IMG/VR virus record: IMGVR_UViG_3300020037_010720
Direction: 5' to 3' (one strand)
DNA length: 64,000 nucleotides
Source of the DNA: an uncultured virus (IMG/VR IMGVR_UViG_3300020037_010720)
Taxonomy: Duplodnaviria > Heunggongvirae > Uroviricota > Caudoviricetes
Shown here: positions 25,088 through 34,062 of the stretch, piece after piece
Layout of the letters: each line of letters starts with the position of its first letter
How positions within the stretch are numbered: the stretch's first letter is position 1
The notes under the pieces: model-generated
What the model was told of the DNA's origin: nothing
Database searches by the model: none
The model's input: only the letters and a program-made list of their open reading frames with translations
Made by a program: the position numbers and the translations under genes

Positions 25088-25702
25088 ATGCTCACCTTGC
25101 TCCTCGCGCTCCAGGCGGCCTCTGCTGCGCCAGTCGACTACGCCCCATGCGCGCACAGACCCGACGAACCTGGACCACAGACAAGCCCCGCTCAGCAGGA
25201 CATCGTGCGCTCTGAAATCCGCGCCGTGGTCGTCGAGCTCGGCGGCTCCGAGGCCTTCTCGCGCTACCTGATCGCGGTGGCAACCCGCGAGAGCAGCCTG
25301 CGACCCGGCGTGATCCACGTGGGCGACGCCGACGCGTACACCGCGGCCTACAAGCACAAGCGCCGGGCCCACGAGCGCGCCGGCAACCCCTTCGCCAAGC
25401 GGCCCGAGTTGTGGCTGTCCTACGGGCTCTTCGGCCTCAACAGCAACTACTACACGCGCGTGCTCCACCCGCACGCGGACCCGCGCCAGCTCTGCAGCGT
25501 GCGCGTCTCGATCGCCACCTACGCGCGCGCGGCACAGGGTGTACTGCGCCGGCTGCCGCGGGCGTGTGGGGTGCGCCTCCCGACCTGGGCCGACGTGCAC
25601 CGCGCTATCCAGGGCGGGGACCTGTGCCCGGACGGGGGGCGCGAGCGCATCCCGGGCACCATCGCGGCCGCGCGGGTGCGCCTCGCCGATGTCGGCGGGT
25701 GA
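25088..25702 (+). CDS. lytic transglycosylase-like (SLT/lysozyme fold) protein with signal peptide
   Basis: AVATRESSLRP and SYGLFGLN motifs; hydrophobic N-terminus; TTGATA-N17-CAGGGT upstream. Confidence 0.7.
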   Translation: MLTLLLALQAASAAPVDYAPCAHRPDEPGPQTSPAQQDIVRSEIRAVVVELGGSEAFSRYLIAVATRESSLRPGVIHVGDADAYTAAYKHKRRAHERAGNPFAKRPELWLSYGLFGLNSNYYTRVLHPHADPRQLCSVRVSIATYARAAQGVLRRLPRACGVRLPTWADVHRAIQGGDLCPDGGRERIPGTIAAARVRLADVGG

Positions 25703-25708
25703 ACAAGC

Positions 25709-25740
25709 GCCCCGGCTCGGTCGCAAGGCCGAGCCGGGGC
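25709..25740. terminator. 14-bp stem with GCAA tetraloop between convergent genes
   Basis: GCCCCGGCTCGGTC-GCAA-GGCCGAGCCGGGGC. Confidence 0.7.
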
Positions 25741-25852
25741 TCAGGGCGGCTTCATCGGCGCATGACCTCCGACTGCCGCTGCGGGTGTTGTGGCGCGCTG
25801 ACGTTGCAAGCTGACCGCGCGTCCGGGGACACCTCCCGCTGGTCCCAAACCA

Positions 25853-26656
25853 TCAGTTAGCGGCCGGCCTCCTCATCACCACGATCACCGTAGCGACGTC
25901 GGTGTGCTCAAACGTGCCGGGCTCCACGTCCTTGATGTCAGCGTCGTACTGCGCGAGCAACTCGCGGAAAGCCTTGGCCGCCTTGGTTGGCGCTGTCCTC
26001 CAGCCAGGCCACATGACAGACACGAGCACACCGCCCGGGCGGACGAACTGCCAGGCGTGCGTCACGTGCTTGATGTCGGCGCCGCCAGTAAATGGCGGGT
26101 TCATGACCACTGCATCGAACATCGGCCCTGGGCCCACGGTCAGGAAGTCTTGGACCTGGATCACATAGCGGTTGCCATCGCGCGGTGCGATGCAAACATC
26201 CAGATGCCCGGCGGCCTTCTCGGCGGCCACGTGGTCGATGTCGTAGGCGGTCACCTGGATCTGCGGGCACTTGCGGGCGAGCGCGACGATGAGTGCGCCC
26301 TCGCCGATGCTCGGCTCCAGAACCTTCGCGTTTACAAGCAAGGGTCCGACCTGATCGACCACCTGCTCGGCGAGGCTCGGCGGCGTGTAGAACGACTGGA
26401 GCTTGGTCCGCAGATTGACGGCCTTGCCCGTCTCGACGGCCATCCCGAGCGCCTCCCGCGGGTCACGCTCGAAGACGTGCGCCTTGCTGCGTTTGTCCCA
26501 TTTTCCACCGGCGCCATCGAGCGCCTTGTTCACCTCGAGGTAGAGCTTGCGCTCGAGTTGGCCCGGCGGGAGGGTCACCGAGGTCGCAGTGATGGTCGAG
26601 CGCGCGAGCACGTCGCGCACCTCATCGGAGATCTTGAAGGTCGATCGAGCTGCCAT
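25853..26656 (-). CDS. DNA amino-(N6-adenine) methyltransferase
   Basis: FYTP, VLEPSIGEG and MNPPF motifs. Confidence 0.85.
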   Translation of the reverse strand: MAARSTFKISDEVRDVLARSTITATSVTLPPGQLERKLYLEVNKALDGAGGKWDKRSKAHVFERDPREALGMAVETGKAVNLRTKLQSFYTPPSLAEQVVDQVGPLLVNAKVLEPSIGEGALIVALARKCPQIQVTAYDIDHVAAEKAAGHLDVCIAPRDGNRYVIQVQDFLTVGPGPMFDAVVMNPPFTGGADIKHVTHAWQFVRPGGVLVSVMWPGWRTAPTKAAKAFRELLAQYDADIKDVEPGTFEHTDVATVIVVMRRPAAN

Positions 26657-26725
26657 GTCATGTAGACGAGTCGCGGCCGGCTCTGTTCAAGATGAACAAG
26701 CACCCGAACTGGCCGTCCTGCTGGC

Positions 26726-27088
26726 ATGAACCCTCGCTACCTCGCCTACTGCCGCGCCCACGGCCGCGACCCCGTCTCGATGCTGGCCTTCGACCGCGAG
26801 CGAGCTCCGGGCGGCCACATGGGCCCGTTCATCCGCTGGGTGTCGGACCGGTGGGAGGAGTGGCGTCGCGCCAACGGCAGGCGCCCCATGGCGAGCCACC
26901 CAGACGACCACGCTCCGTTCGATGCCTGGCTTCAAGAGGTCACCGACGCCCGACTCGCGCTCATCCGAGCGCTCGCTGCCCTCCACGCCAAGTGCCAGCA
27001 CCTGATCGACCTCATCCTCGACAGCGTCGTGGACGAGCCTGTCCCACCCACGCCCCGAAGAACGCCTACACAGAGCACGCTCTTCTAG
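26726..27088 (+). CDS. hypothetical protein
   Basis: 120 aa; MNPRYLAYCRAHG. Confidence 0.65.
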   Translation: MNPRYLAYCRAHGRDPVSMLAFDRERAPGGHMGPFIRWVSDRWEEWRRANGRRPMASHPDDHAPFDAWLQEVTDARLALIRALAALHAKCQHLIDLILDSVVDEPVPPTPRRTPTQSTLF

Positions 27089-27098
27089 CACCGCTGGG

Positions 27099-27584
27099 TC
27101 ACCGGATGACCGGCAGCGCGTTCTTCGGGTGTTGCAGGCTCAGCTCGTGGAACTCGGCCATGGGGTAGCGGCGCCAACCCTCGGCGTGCCAGAGCCACAC
27201 GCCAGCGACGCTGTGTAGCAGCATGGTGCGTGAGCACGTGACGCAACTCGGCGGCCCGCTCGGTCTCGGCAGGTCACCGGCATGGACCGCGATGTGGACC
27301 ACGTCGGGGCCGGTCGGCCCGAGCGCGCGATCCCACTCGAACAGGGCGCGCTCCTCCGCGTGCACCGCCACCTTGCCGCAGGCCGCCCGGCACTCCGCCG
27401 ACCCGGAGCACTTGAACGGTGGCGCGGGGCCGTTCGCCGCGGCGACGACAAGCTTTGACGTACTCCCATACCGACCCGGGTCGTGGTGGAACACAGCCGC
27501 CCCGCGCTGGTCCTTGGCGCACCAGCTCTTGCGACCCGCCTCGATGGCGGCCTCGATGACCTTTTGCGGCGGACTCGTCAGCAT
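27099..27584 (-). CDS. dCMP/cytidine deaminase-like zinc protein
   Basis: HAE...PSCVTC motif; SWCAKDQRGA. Confidence 0.8.
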   Translation of the reverse strand: MLTSPPQKVIEAAIEAGRKSWCAKDQRGAAVFHHDPGRYGSTSKLVVAAANGPAPPFKCSGSAECRAACGKVAVHAEERALFEWDRALGPTGPDVVHIAVHAGDLPRPSGPPSCVTCSRTMLLHSVAGVWLWHAEGWRRYPMAEFHELSLQHPKNALPVIR

Positions 27585-27619
27585 ACTGCTCTGACGCCCG
27601 CCTCGGCCTCGGATTCACC

Positions 27620-29410
27620 TTGATGAACAGCACGCCGGCGCAGCGCGTCTGCGCCATCGTGATCATCGGACCTGTCACTGGCTTCATCCCGCGCCCGTAC
27701 CAAGAGCACGCCATCAACGGCGGCGACCCGCGCAAGGGGCCCGGCATCATGCCCTGCTTCGCGCGCCACAAGAACGTGCTCGCCGTGCTGTTCACGGGCG
27801 GCGGCAAGACCGAGATCTTCCTCTCGCTCGTGCGCCGATACCTGGAGAGCCCCAAGACGCCGCCACACAAGCGCGCGCTGATCCTCGCTCATCGCGACGA
27901 GCTCGTGTCGCAGCCTATCAGCCGAGGTCCGCGGTTCGGCCTGCGGCTCGCCCGCGAGCAAGGCGACTCGTCTGCCGTGGGTGCGCCCGAGCGCGTCATC
28001 GCATCGACGGTCCAGACGATGCGGCTGCGCAAGGAGAAGTACGACCCCGACGAGATCGGCCTCATCATCTGCGATGAGTCGCATCACTCGGTCTCGGACG
28101 AGTTCCGCGACGTGCTCGACTACTTCCCGAGCGCGTTTATCCTCGGCGTCACTGCGACGCCGCAGCGCCTCGATGGTGTCGGCCTGGGCGAGCTCTACGA
28201 GGCGGTCGCATTTCGCTACCCCATCGAGCAGGGTGTCGAGGATGGCTGGCTCGTGCCGATTCGACCCTGGCGCGAGGTCATCGACGGTCTCGACCTCTCC
28301 AAGCTCAGGTCCAGGGCCGGCGACCTCGAGCCCGGCGCGCTCGGCGAGCTCATGTCCGAGTACGCCCACCCCGTGGCGAAGATGCTGGTCGAGCGCGCCG
28401 GTGACCGACCCACCATCGCGTTCTGCGCGACGCTGGCGCACGCCTACGCGCAGGCCGAGGCCCTGCGCCGCTACACCTCGGCCCGTGTCGAGGTCGTCGA
28501 CGGGACCACGAAAAAGCGGGGCAAGCGGGCCGACGCGGTGGGCATCTTCCGCGAGGACCTCGTCGAAGACTTCCGTCTCGGCCGTCTCCAATTTCTCGTC
28601 AACGTCGGCGTGGCGATCGAGGGCTTCGACGCGCCAAACTGCCGCTGCGTCGCCCTCATCCGCCCCACCAAGTCGCCCGCGCTGGTCATCCAAGCCGTGG
28701 GCCGTGGCACCAGGCCCTTGCCCGGCATCGTCGACCAGCCCGAGCTGCGCGACGACCCGGACGGTCGACGCGCAGCGATCGCCGCGAGCGCAAAACCCGA
28801 CCTCCTCGTGCTCGACTTCTCAGGCGCCAGCGAGAAGCACTCGCTGGCCGGGGTCGTCGATGCGCTGGCCGGCAACCTGACCCCAGAAGAGCGCCTAGCG
28901 CTCGTCAATATCCCGCTGTGCGGCGACCTGACCGTCGATCAGGCGCTCCAGCAGGCCCGCATCGCGGCGGCGCAGGAAGCCACCCGCCATGCCGCCGAAC
29001 TCGCCGAGCTCGCCACCCACAGCTACGAAGTCGACCCGTTCCACCCGGTCTGCGTGTTCGGGATCAAGGGCCTGCGCGACGACCCGAACGAAGAGCGGGC
29101 GTCGGCCAAGATGGCCAAGTACCTCGAGCGCAACGGGGTGCAGAACGCGGCGGCCCTCTCCAAGAGCACGGCGAAGAAGCTCCAGGGGACGATCATCGTG
29201 CGCGACCGGCTTCACCTCGCCAGCCTCACCCAGGCGACTGACCTGCAGCGTGCTGGCGTGCCGGTCACGTCGACCGTTCGCATGTCCTACACGCACGCGA
29301 ACGACCTGTGCGTCGAGCTGCTGCGCAACCGGGGCGTGCGCCCGAAGCGGTGGGACTCGGTGCCGCACCTTGGCGGGCAGGAGGTCCATGCGCCGGCTCC
29401 CCGTCGTTGA
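27620..29410 (+). CDS. superfamily II (DExH) helicase
   Basis: TGGGKT, DESHH, TATP, EGFDAP and QAVGRGTR motifs. Confidence 0.92.
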   Translation: MMNSTPAQRVCAIVIIGPVTGFIPRPYQEHAINGGDPRKGPGIMPCFARHKNVLAVLFTGGGKTEIFLSLVRRYLESPKTPPHKRALILAHRDELVSQPISRGPRFGLRLAREQGDSSAVGAPERVIASTVQTMRLRKEKYDPDEIGLIICDESHHSVSDEFRDVLDYFPSAFILGVTATPQRLDGVGLGELYEAVAFRYPIEQGVEDGWLVPIRPWREVIDGLDLSKLRSRAGDLEPGALGELMSEYAHPVAKMLVERAGDRPTIAFCATLAHAYAQAEALRRYTSARVEVVDGTTKKRGKRADAVGIFREDLVEDFRLGRLQFLVNVGVAIEGFDAPNCRCVALIRPTKSPALVIQAVGRGTRPLPGIVDQPELRDDPDGRRAAIAASAKPDLLVLDFSGASEKHSLAGVVDALAGNLTPEERLALVNIPLCGDLTVDQALQQARIAAAQEATRHAAELAELATHSYEVDPFHPVCVFGIKGLRDDPNEERASAKMAKYLERNGVQNAAALSKSTAKKLQGTIIVRDRLHLASLTQATDLQRAGVPVTSTVRMSYTHANDLCVELLRNRGVRPKRWDSVPHLGGQEVHAPAPRR

Positions 29411-29936
29411 CGCCTCGGCGTGCCAGCCCTGCGGCGGCGCGTGCTGCAAGGCCTCGCCGGGCCTGACCGCGCCCGAGGACTGGCCCGACCTCGGCGCGCT
29501 CGAGGCGGGGCTCCTTCGCGGGACCTGGGCCCTGCGCATCTGGTACGGCGACCCGTGGTCCAAGCTCTTCGCGCGCCGGGTCCAGCGCGGCCACGCCCCG
29601 GTGGCCGAGGTCGACCGGGTCCTGATCCCGCTGCCGCGCGGCGCGGGCCCGATGGTGCACGACGGCCACAAGCCCGGCGCCTGCGTTCTGCTCACGGACC
29701 GGGGCTGCTCGCTCCCCTACAAGCACCGGCCGACGCAGTGCCGCGAGTTGGAGCCGCGGCACGAAGACGACGGGTGCCAGCTCAGCCGGCCGTTCAAGGA
29801 CAAGGACATGGCCGCGCTGTGGCGGCCCTACACGCGCGAGCTCGAGGCGATGCTGGCCCGCGTCGAGGCCCTGTACCGCCAGCTCTACGAGCCGCCGTCA
29901 GTCGTCGGGCGCCTGCCGCTTCGCGCCGGGCAGTGA
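29388..29936 (+). CDS. YkgJ/CxxCxxCC cysteine-cluster protein
   Basis: CQPCGGACC...CVLL...GCSL...RPTQCR. Confidence 0.75.
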   Translation: MRRLPVVDASACQPCGGACCKASPGLTAPEDWPDLGALEAGLLRGTWALRIWYGDPWSKLFARRVQRGHAPVAEVDRVLIPLPRGAGPMVHDGHKPGACVLLTDRGCSLPYKHRPTQCRELEPRHEDDGCQLSRPFKDKDMAALWRPYTRELEAMLARVEALYRQLYEPPSVVGRLPLRAGQ

Positions 29937-31379
29937 CTTCTGCGTCGGCTTGTAGCGGGGCTTGGGCACCGTCCCGGGCCGCGCCGCTGACATCGTGGCG
30001 AGCACGTCGTCGAGCGACCCGTCGACCTCGTTGTTCCACGCCCGGAACTTGTAGAGCGCCCCGTCGAACTTGAGCATGACCATGCCGATCGGCCCGGCCC
30101 GGTTCTTCTCGATCATCGCCGCCACGCTCCCGCGCCACGGCCGGCCCGCCGCCGCGTCCTCGGTTCGGCCCAGCGGGTGCAGCAGCATGACGTGAAACGC
30201 GTTCTCCTCGATGTCGCCGCCGCCCTTGAGGTCGTCCATCTCGGGATTGCGGCCCTCTTTCACGTGCCCGCGCGTGAGCTGCGAGAGCACGATGAGCGCC
30301 AGACCTGTCCTTTTGGCCACGTCGGCGATCACTGCCATGCAGTGCATCACGTGGTCCTGCAGGCTCTTGATGCCGGGGCTCCGCTTGATGCGGGTCAGGT
30401 AGTCGATCACGACATACCCGATCGTCTTGCCCTTGCGGAACTTGCGGCGGTGCCAGCGGTAGATCTCGGCGGCGATCTGCTCGACGGTCCGCGGGGTCTC
30501 GTCGTCGATGTCGAGCGGAGCCGCGTCGATCCGGTCGGCCGCTTCGAGCAGGCGCTTGAGCACCGCGTGGCTCGGGATCGGCCCGTGCATCATCGTCTCG
30601 TAGTCGACCTGAGCCATGGCACACATGACCCGCGTGACCAGCTCGTCGTCGTCCATCTCCAGCGAGAAGAACAGACAGGGCGGCGCGGGCGCGCACGTTG
30701 GGTCGTGGCGCTCGGCCTGGTCCGCGACCATCGACGTGACGAAGGCCGTCTTGCCCGTGCCCGGGCGGGCGCCGATGACCACCACCTTGCCGAGCCGCCA
30801 ACCGCTCGTCTTGGTGTCGAGACCGGTGATGTTGCTCGAGATCCCGATGACCTTGCGCGCGCGCGCGGCCGGGTCGCGGATCCGCTTGAACACGTCGGTC
30901 AGGATCTCGTGCGTGGATCTCTTGGCCTTCGCGCGGTCGTGATCCATCGCCACGCCAAACGCCCTGTCCCGGAGGACAGCCAGCGCGGCCTGCGGGTCCT
31001 CGCTCCCGCGAAGCTCGGCAGCGGCCTCGGCGAGCATGCGGTCGGCCTCGCGCGCGCGAGCTGCCGCGACGATCCTCTCCGCGTCGCCGCGCGCGTCGGC
31101 CTCGCTGGGCACCGGCACCCCCGGCACCCGGCCGAGCAGGCCGCGACACGCCTCCTCCATCTTCATCGCGCGCAGCTTCTCGATCATCACCGCGCCGCGC
31201 GGCGTCTCACCAGCGTCTCGAAGCTCCGCGGTGACGCGCCAGATCGCCGCGAGCGGCGGCTGGGTGATGTGCTCGGCCAGCAGGCCCGCTGACACCGCGG
31301 CGTCGTAGACCTCGGTGTCTTTCACCGCGGCGAGCGTCAGCGCCAGCTCGCGCTCGGGGTAGGAGAGCTTGGCCGGCAT
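29898..31379 (-). CDS. dnaB: replicative DNA helicase, DnaB-like
   Basis: GARPGTGKT, FSLEM, IDYL, LSQLTR and EKNRAGP motifs. Confidence 0.92.
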   Translation of the reverse strand: MPAKLSYPERELALTLAAVKDTEVYDAAVSAGLLAEHITQPPLAAIWRVTAELRDAGETPRGAVMIEKLRAMKMEEACRGLLGRVPGVPVPSEADARGDAERIVAAARAREADRMLAEAAAELRGSEDPQAALAVLRDRAFGVAMDHDRAKAKRSTHEILTDVFKRIRDPAARARKVIGISSNITGLDTKTSGWRLGKVVVIGARPGTGKTAFVTSMVADQAERHDPTCAPAPPCLFFSLEMDDDELVTRVMCAMAQVDYETMMHGPIPSHAVLKRLLEAADRIDAAPLDIDDETPRTVEQIAAEIYRWHRRKFRKGKTIGYVVIDYLTRIKRSPGIKSLQDHVMHCMAVIADVAKRTGLALIVLSQLTRGHVKEGRNPEMDDLKGGGDIEENAFHVMLLHPLGRTEDAAAGRPWRGSVAAMIEKNRAGPIGMVMLKFDGALYKFRAWNNEVDGSLDDVLATMSAARPGTVPKPRYKPTQKSLPGAKRQAPDD

Positions 31380-32305
31380 CACGCACCCCCTGTGCGGGAG
31401 CCGTGCCGCGCGAGCCAGTCGTCGAGCACGCCGATGTCCGCGGGCGGCTCGGGGTCGATCGGAGCGGGACTGTCGGGCTCGCAGATCTGGCGCCCGCCGA
31501 CGAAGGTGCCGCCCGGACCGCGCACGATCGCGGTGTCGGGCATGGGCGCGGGCGCTTCGCCGAGCGCGTCGTCGAAGCGCGTCCGGGTCGCGCAGATCCA
31601 GGAGAGCCGCAGGTACTTCTCCGCCGTGTCCTGGCCCTGCCACACGCGCGAGCGCCGGCACTTCTCGGCGCGCCCGTGCAGCGCGCGAACAATGTCGTCG
31701 AGCTCGACCCCATGCGCCATGATCCTCGCCATCTCGAGCCGGTCCTTGATCGAGGGCTGGTCGCCGAGGTCGGTCACGCCGTGGAAGCCGGACCTGAGCT
31801 CGCGCTCGAGTCGCTTGAGCATGACGATGCTGGCGTTGAAATCGTCGCCGCGGGGCCGCGGCTTCGCTCGCACCGCTTGCTTTGCGCCGGGCTTGAGGAA
31901 CGGCTCGACGGCCTGTTCGAACGCGACCCGCGTGCTCCCGCTCATCGCCTGCTTCGTGCGCTTGGCCAGCTCGGCCATCCAGCTCGCGCCCGTTGCCACG
32001 ACTCGGCGCCCGTGGCCCCGCGCAGGCATCGGCGCGGTCGGGAGGTTGGCCAGCGCCACCTCCCAGACCACGGCGAGCTTGGAGTTCGAGTCGACGGCGA
32101 TGCCATCCGCGACCGCCAGCTCCTCCTCGATCTGCGAAGCCGACCACGCGTAGCGGCTGTGGGGCTCGAAGGCCGCCGCGCTGGCGAGGAAGACGCCAGG
32201 CGGTAGGTCCGGGGGCCGGCGCAGCAGCGCGTGAACGAGCGCTGCCTCAGCCGCGACCGACAGGCGCGAGATCGTCTTTGTCCAAAACCGCTCGGGAAAT
32301 TTCAC
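31379..32305 (-). CDS. putative replication initiator
   Basis: Directly upstream of dnaB; N-terminal FW...LS...LL...PGVF pattern of phage initiators (inference). Confidence 0.55.
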   Translation of the reverse strand: MKFPERFWTKTISRLSVAAEAALVHALLRRPPDLPPGVFLASAAAFEPHSRYAWSASQIEEELAVADGIAVDSNSKLAVVWEVALANLPTAPMPARGHGRRVVATGASWMAELAKRTKQAMSGSTRVAFEQAVEPFLKPGAKQAVRAKPRPRGDDFNASIVMLKRLERELRSGFHGVTDLGDQPSIKDRLEMARIMAHGVELDDIVRALHGRAEKCRRSRVWQGQDTAEKYLRLSWICATRTRFDDALGEAPAPMPDTAIVRGPGGTFVGGRQICEPDSPAPIDPEPPADIGVLDDWLARHGSRTGGA

Positions 32306-32319
32306 GATCCATGAGACGC

Positions 32320-32460
32320 GCGAAGGCTGATTTGATTCGCGCTTTGAAACCCGAATGAAACCATCCGGCCATTGATATTATTGGTCTATTCGTCTCGCTA
32401 GACCGATCCACCATCGTTAGACGGTCTCTCTCGACCGATCAACCATGCACGGATCGACGG
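32320..32460. promoter_or_regulatory. AT-rich divergent intergenic region with a direct repeat (possible origin/operator)
   Basis: ATTGATATTATTGG; GTCTC-N4-GACCGATC-N-ACCAT twice with a 32-bp period. Confidence 0.55.
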
Positions 32461-32635
32461 TACGACAGCCGTTGACGCCCGCCGCCCCCATCGGTAGCGT
32501 CATCGTCCGAACCAAAAGCGAACGGCGAGAGGGGTCTGAACCCTCCCGCCGCTCTGGCACCCGGATCGCACCACACGCGAAACGAGCACGTTCTGCACCC
32601 AGACGTAACACCCAGCCCACATCTTCACCAGCCCC

Positions 32636-33598
32636 CACCGGATCCGGTGCCGCTCGTGCTGGAGCGGCGAGCATGGTGGGACCGGGTCGCCGCGCGGGCG
32701 TACCGGTCCGGGTGGAAGGACGCCCAGTCGATCGCGGCGCGGTGCCTGCACGAGCACCTGGAAGCGGCCGAGCGCGCGCTCCCGCCGCAGATCCGGGCCC
32801 GCCGGACCGCGATCCTGGCCCTGCGCGCGCTGGCTCGGCAGCTGCGCCAGGGCGCGACCTTCGACGCAGCCGGCGATCCGGTCCAGCTGCTCGGCGACCT
32901 CGGGATCCGCGTGTCGGCCAAGACCGCGCGCGCGGCTGTGAGACTGCTCTCGACATGCGGGGTGATCGTCCGGCTCGGTCGCGGGCACTTCCCCTCGAGG
33001 ATCCGGCTCCGGCGCGCGTTTTTCGCCGCCGTCGCAGCTGCCGAGGCCTCGCCAATCACGCCCCAGATCTTCGAGGCTGGCTCGTTGCTGCTGGGCGACC
33101 CAGTGCAATTGTCGCTTGCGCTGGCGAATCAGCATCGAAACTGCGACGACCCGAGGGACAGTTCGAACGTCCTGCTCGTCGCACCCGATCCTGCGACCGG
33201 CGCGGGCGTGGCCGGGTCCTGCTCCCCGATCCGCTGGCCCGCCGGACCCCTGCCCGAGCGCCCACAGGCAATTGAATTAACGACAGTGCATGTGTTCTTC
33301 CGGGATCTGCCGGCTCGGCCCCGGATCCAGCAGGCGGCAGCGCTCGTGTTCGCCCATGGGTCGCGCGTGGATCCTGGGCTTCGCGGGCGCCCCCTCGCCC
33401 GGGCCCTGCTCGACGCGGCTGGGCAGCCGTCGAGCTACCGCGAGGTCGACGCGATCCACCGCGCGATCCAGGCGATGATCGCCAAGGGCTGGCTCCGCGC
33501 CGGGCCTGGATGGGCTCTTGAGGTCGCTGCGGATCGCCACCCGGATCTCGTGATCCTGGGCATCGAGGCCCAGCCGAGCGCGGAGCCGAGCACGGATC
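32636..33598. repeat. GATC island 2 (21 GATC)
   Basis: Hand count; starts at palindrome CACCGGATCCGGTG; the next GATC after 33595 is at about 34046. Confidence 0.85.
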
Positions 33599-34062
33599 GG
33601 CAGCGCTCCTCGCTCGCGCGCATGGGCGTCTGGCGGCCGGAGCTCCTGTCCAAGCCCGAGGCCGTCAAGCTCCAGTTCGCGCTCAGGCAGCGCCGGCACG
33701 CGGCCCTGAGCACCGCTGACGAGCCGCTCACGCTTCCTGAGCTGCGAGTCGTCCTCGGCACACAGGTAGCGAGCTCCAGCTACCCGGCGGCCTTGGCCCG
33801 GCTCACGGGTTCGCGCCTTGTCGCGCAGGCCCGCACGCTCGACCGTGGTGCCTTCTCGGCCCTGGTGCGTCGACCAGTGCTCCACGGAGCGCTGCTCGCG
33901 TCGGCGCACATGGTCCCGGACCACCAACCCCACCCCCCTCGTCCACCGCGACATCAAGCCCGAGAACCCCGCCCGCCCGAGCCACGCATCTACCGGCTCG
34001 CGACCCGGCGCGTTGAACAACCGTCGCGCGATGCACGTCGCGCGGATCACGAGCCCACATGA
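32647..34062 (+). CDS. hypothetical protein with possible wHTH segments; 3' end uncertain
   Basis: 471 aa ORF; TARAAVRLLSTCGVI and IHRAIQAMIAKGWL. Confidence 0.55.
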   Translation: MPLVLERRAWWDRVAARAYRSGWKDAQSIAARCLHEHLEAAERALPPQIRARRTAILALRALARQLRQGATFDAAGDPVQLLGDLGIRVSAKTARAAVRLLSTCGVIVRLGRGHFPSRIRLRRAFFAAVAAAEASPITPQIFEAGSLLLGDPVQLSLALANQHRNCDDPRDSSNVLLVAPDPATGAGVAGSCSPIRWPAGPLPERPQAIELTTVHVFFRDLPARPRIQQAAALVFAHGSRVDPGLRGRPLARALLDAAGQPSSYREVDAIHRAIQAMIAKGWLRAGPGWALEVAADRHPDLVILGIEAQPSAEPSTDRQRSSLARMGVWRPELLSKPEAVKLQFALRQRRHAALSTADEPLTLPELRVVLGTQVASSSYPAALARLTGSRLVAQARTLDRGAFSALVRRPVLHGALLASAHMVPDHQPHPPRPPRHQAREPRPPEPRIYRLATRRVEQPSRDARRADHEPT

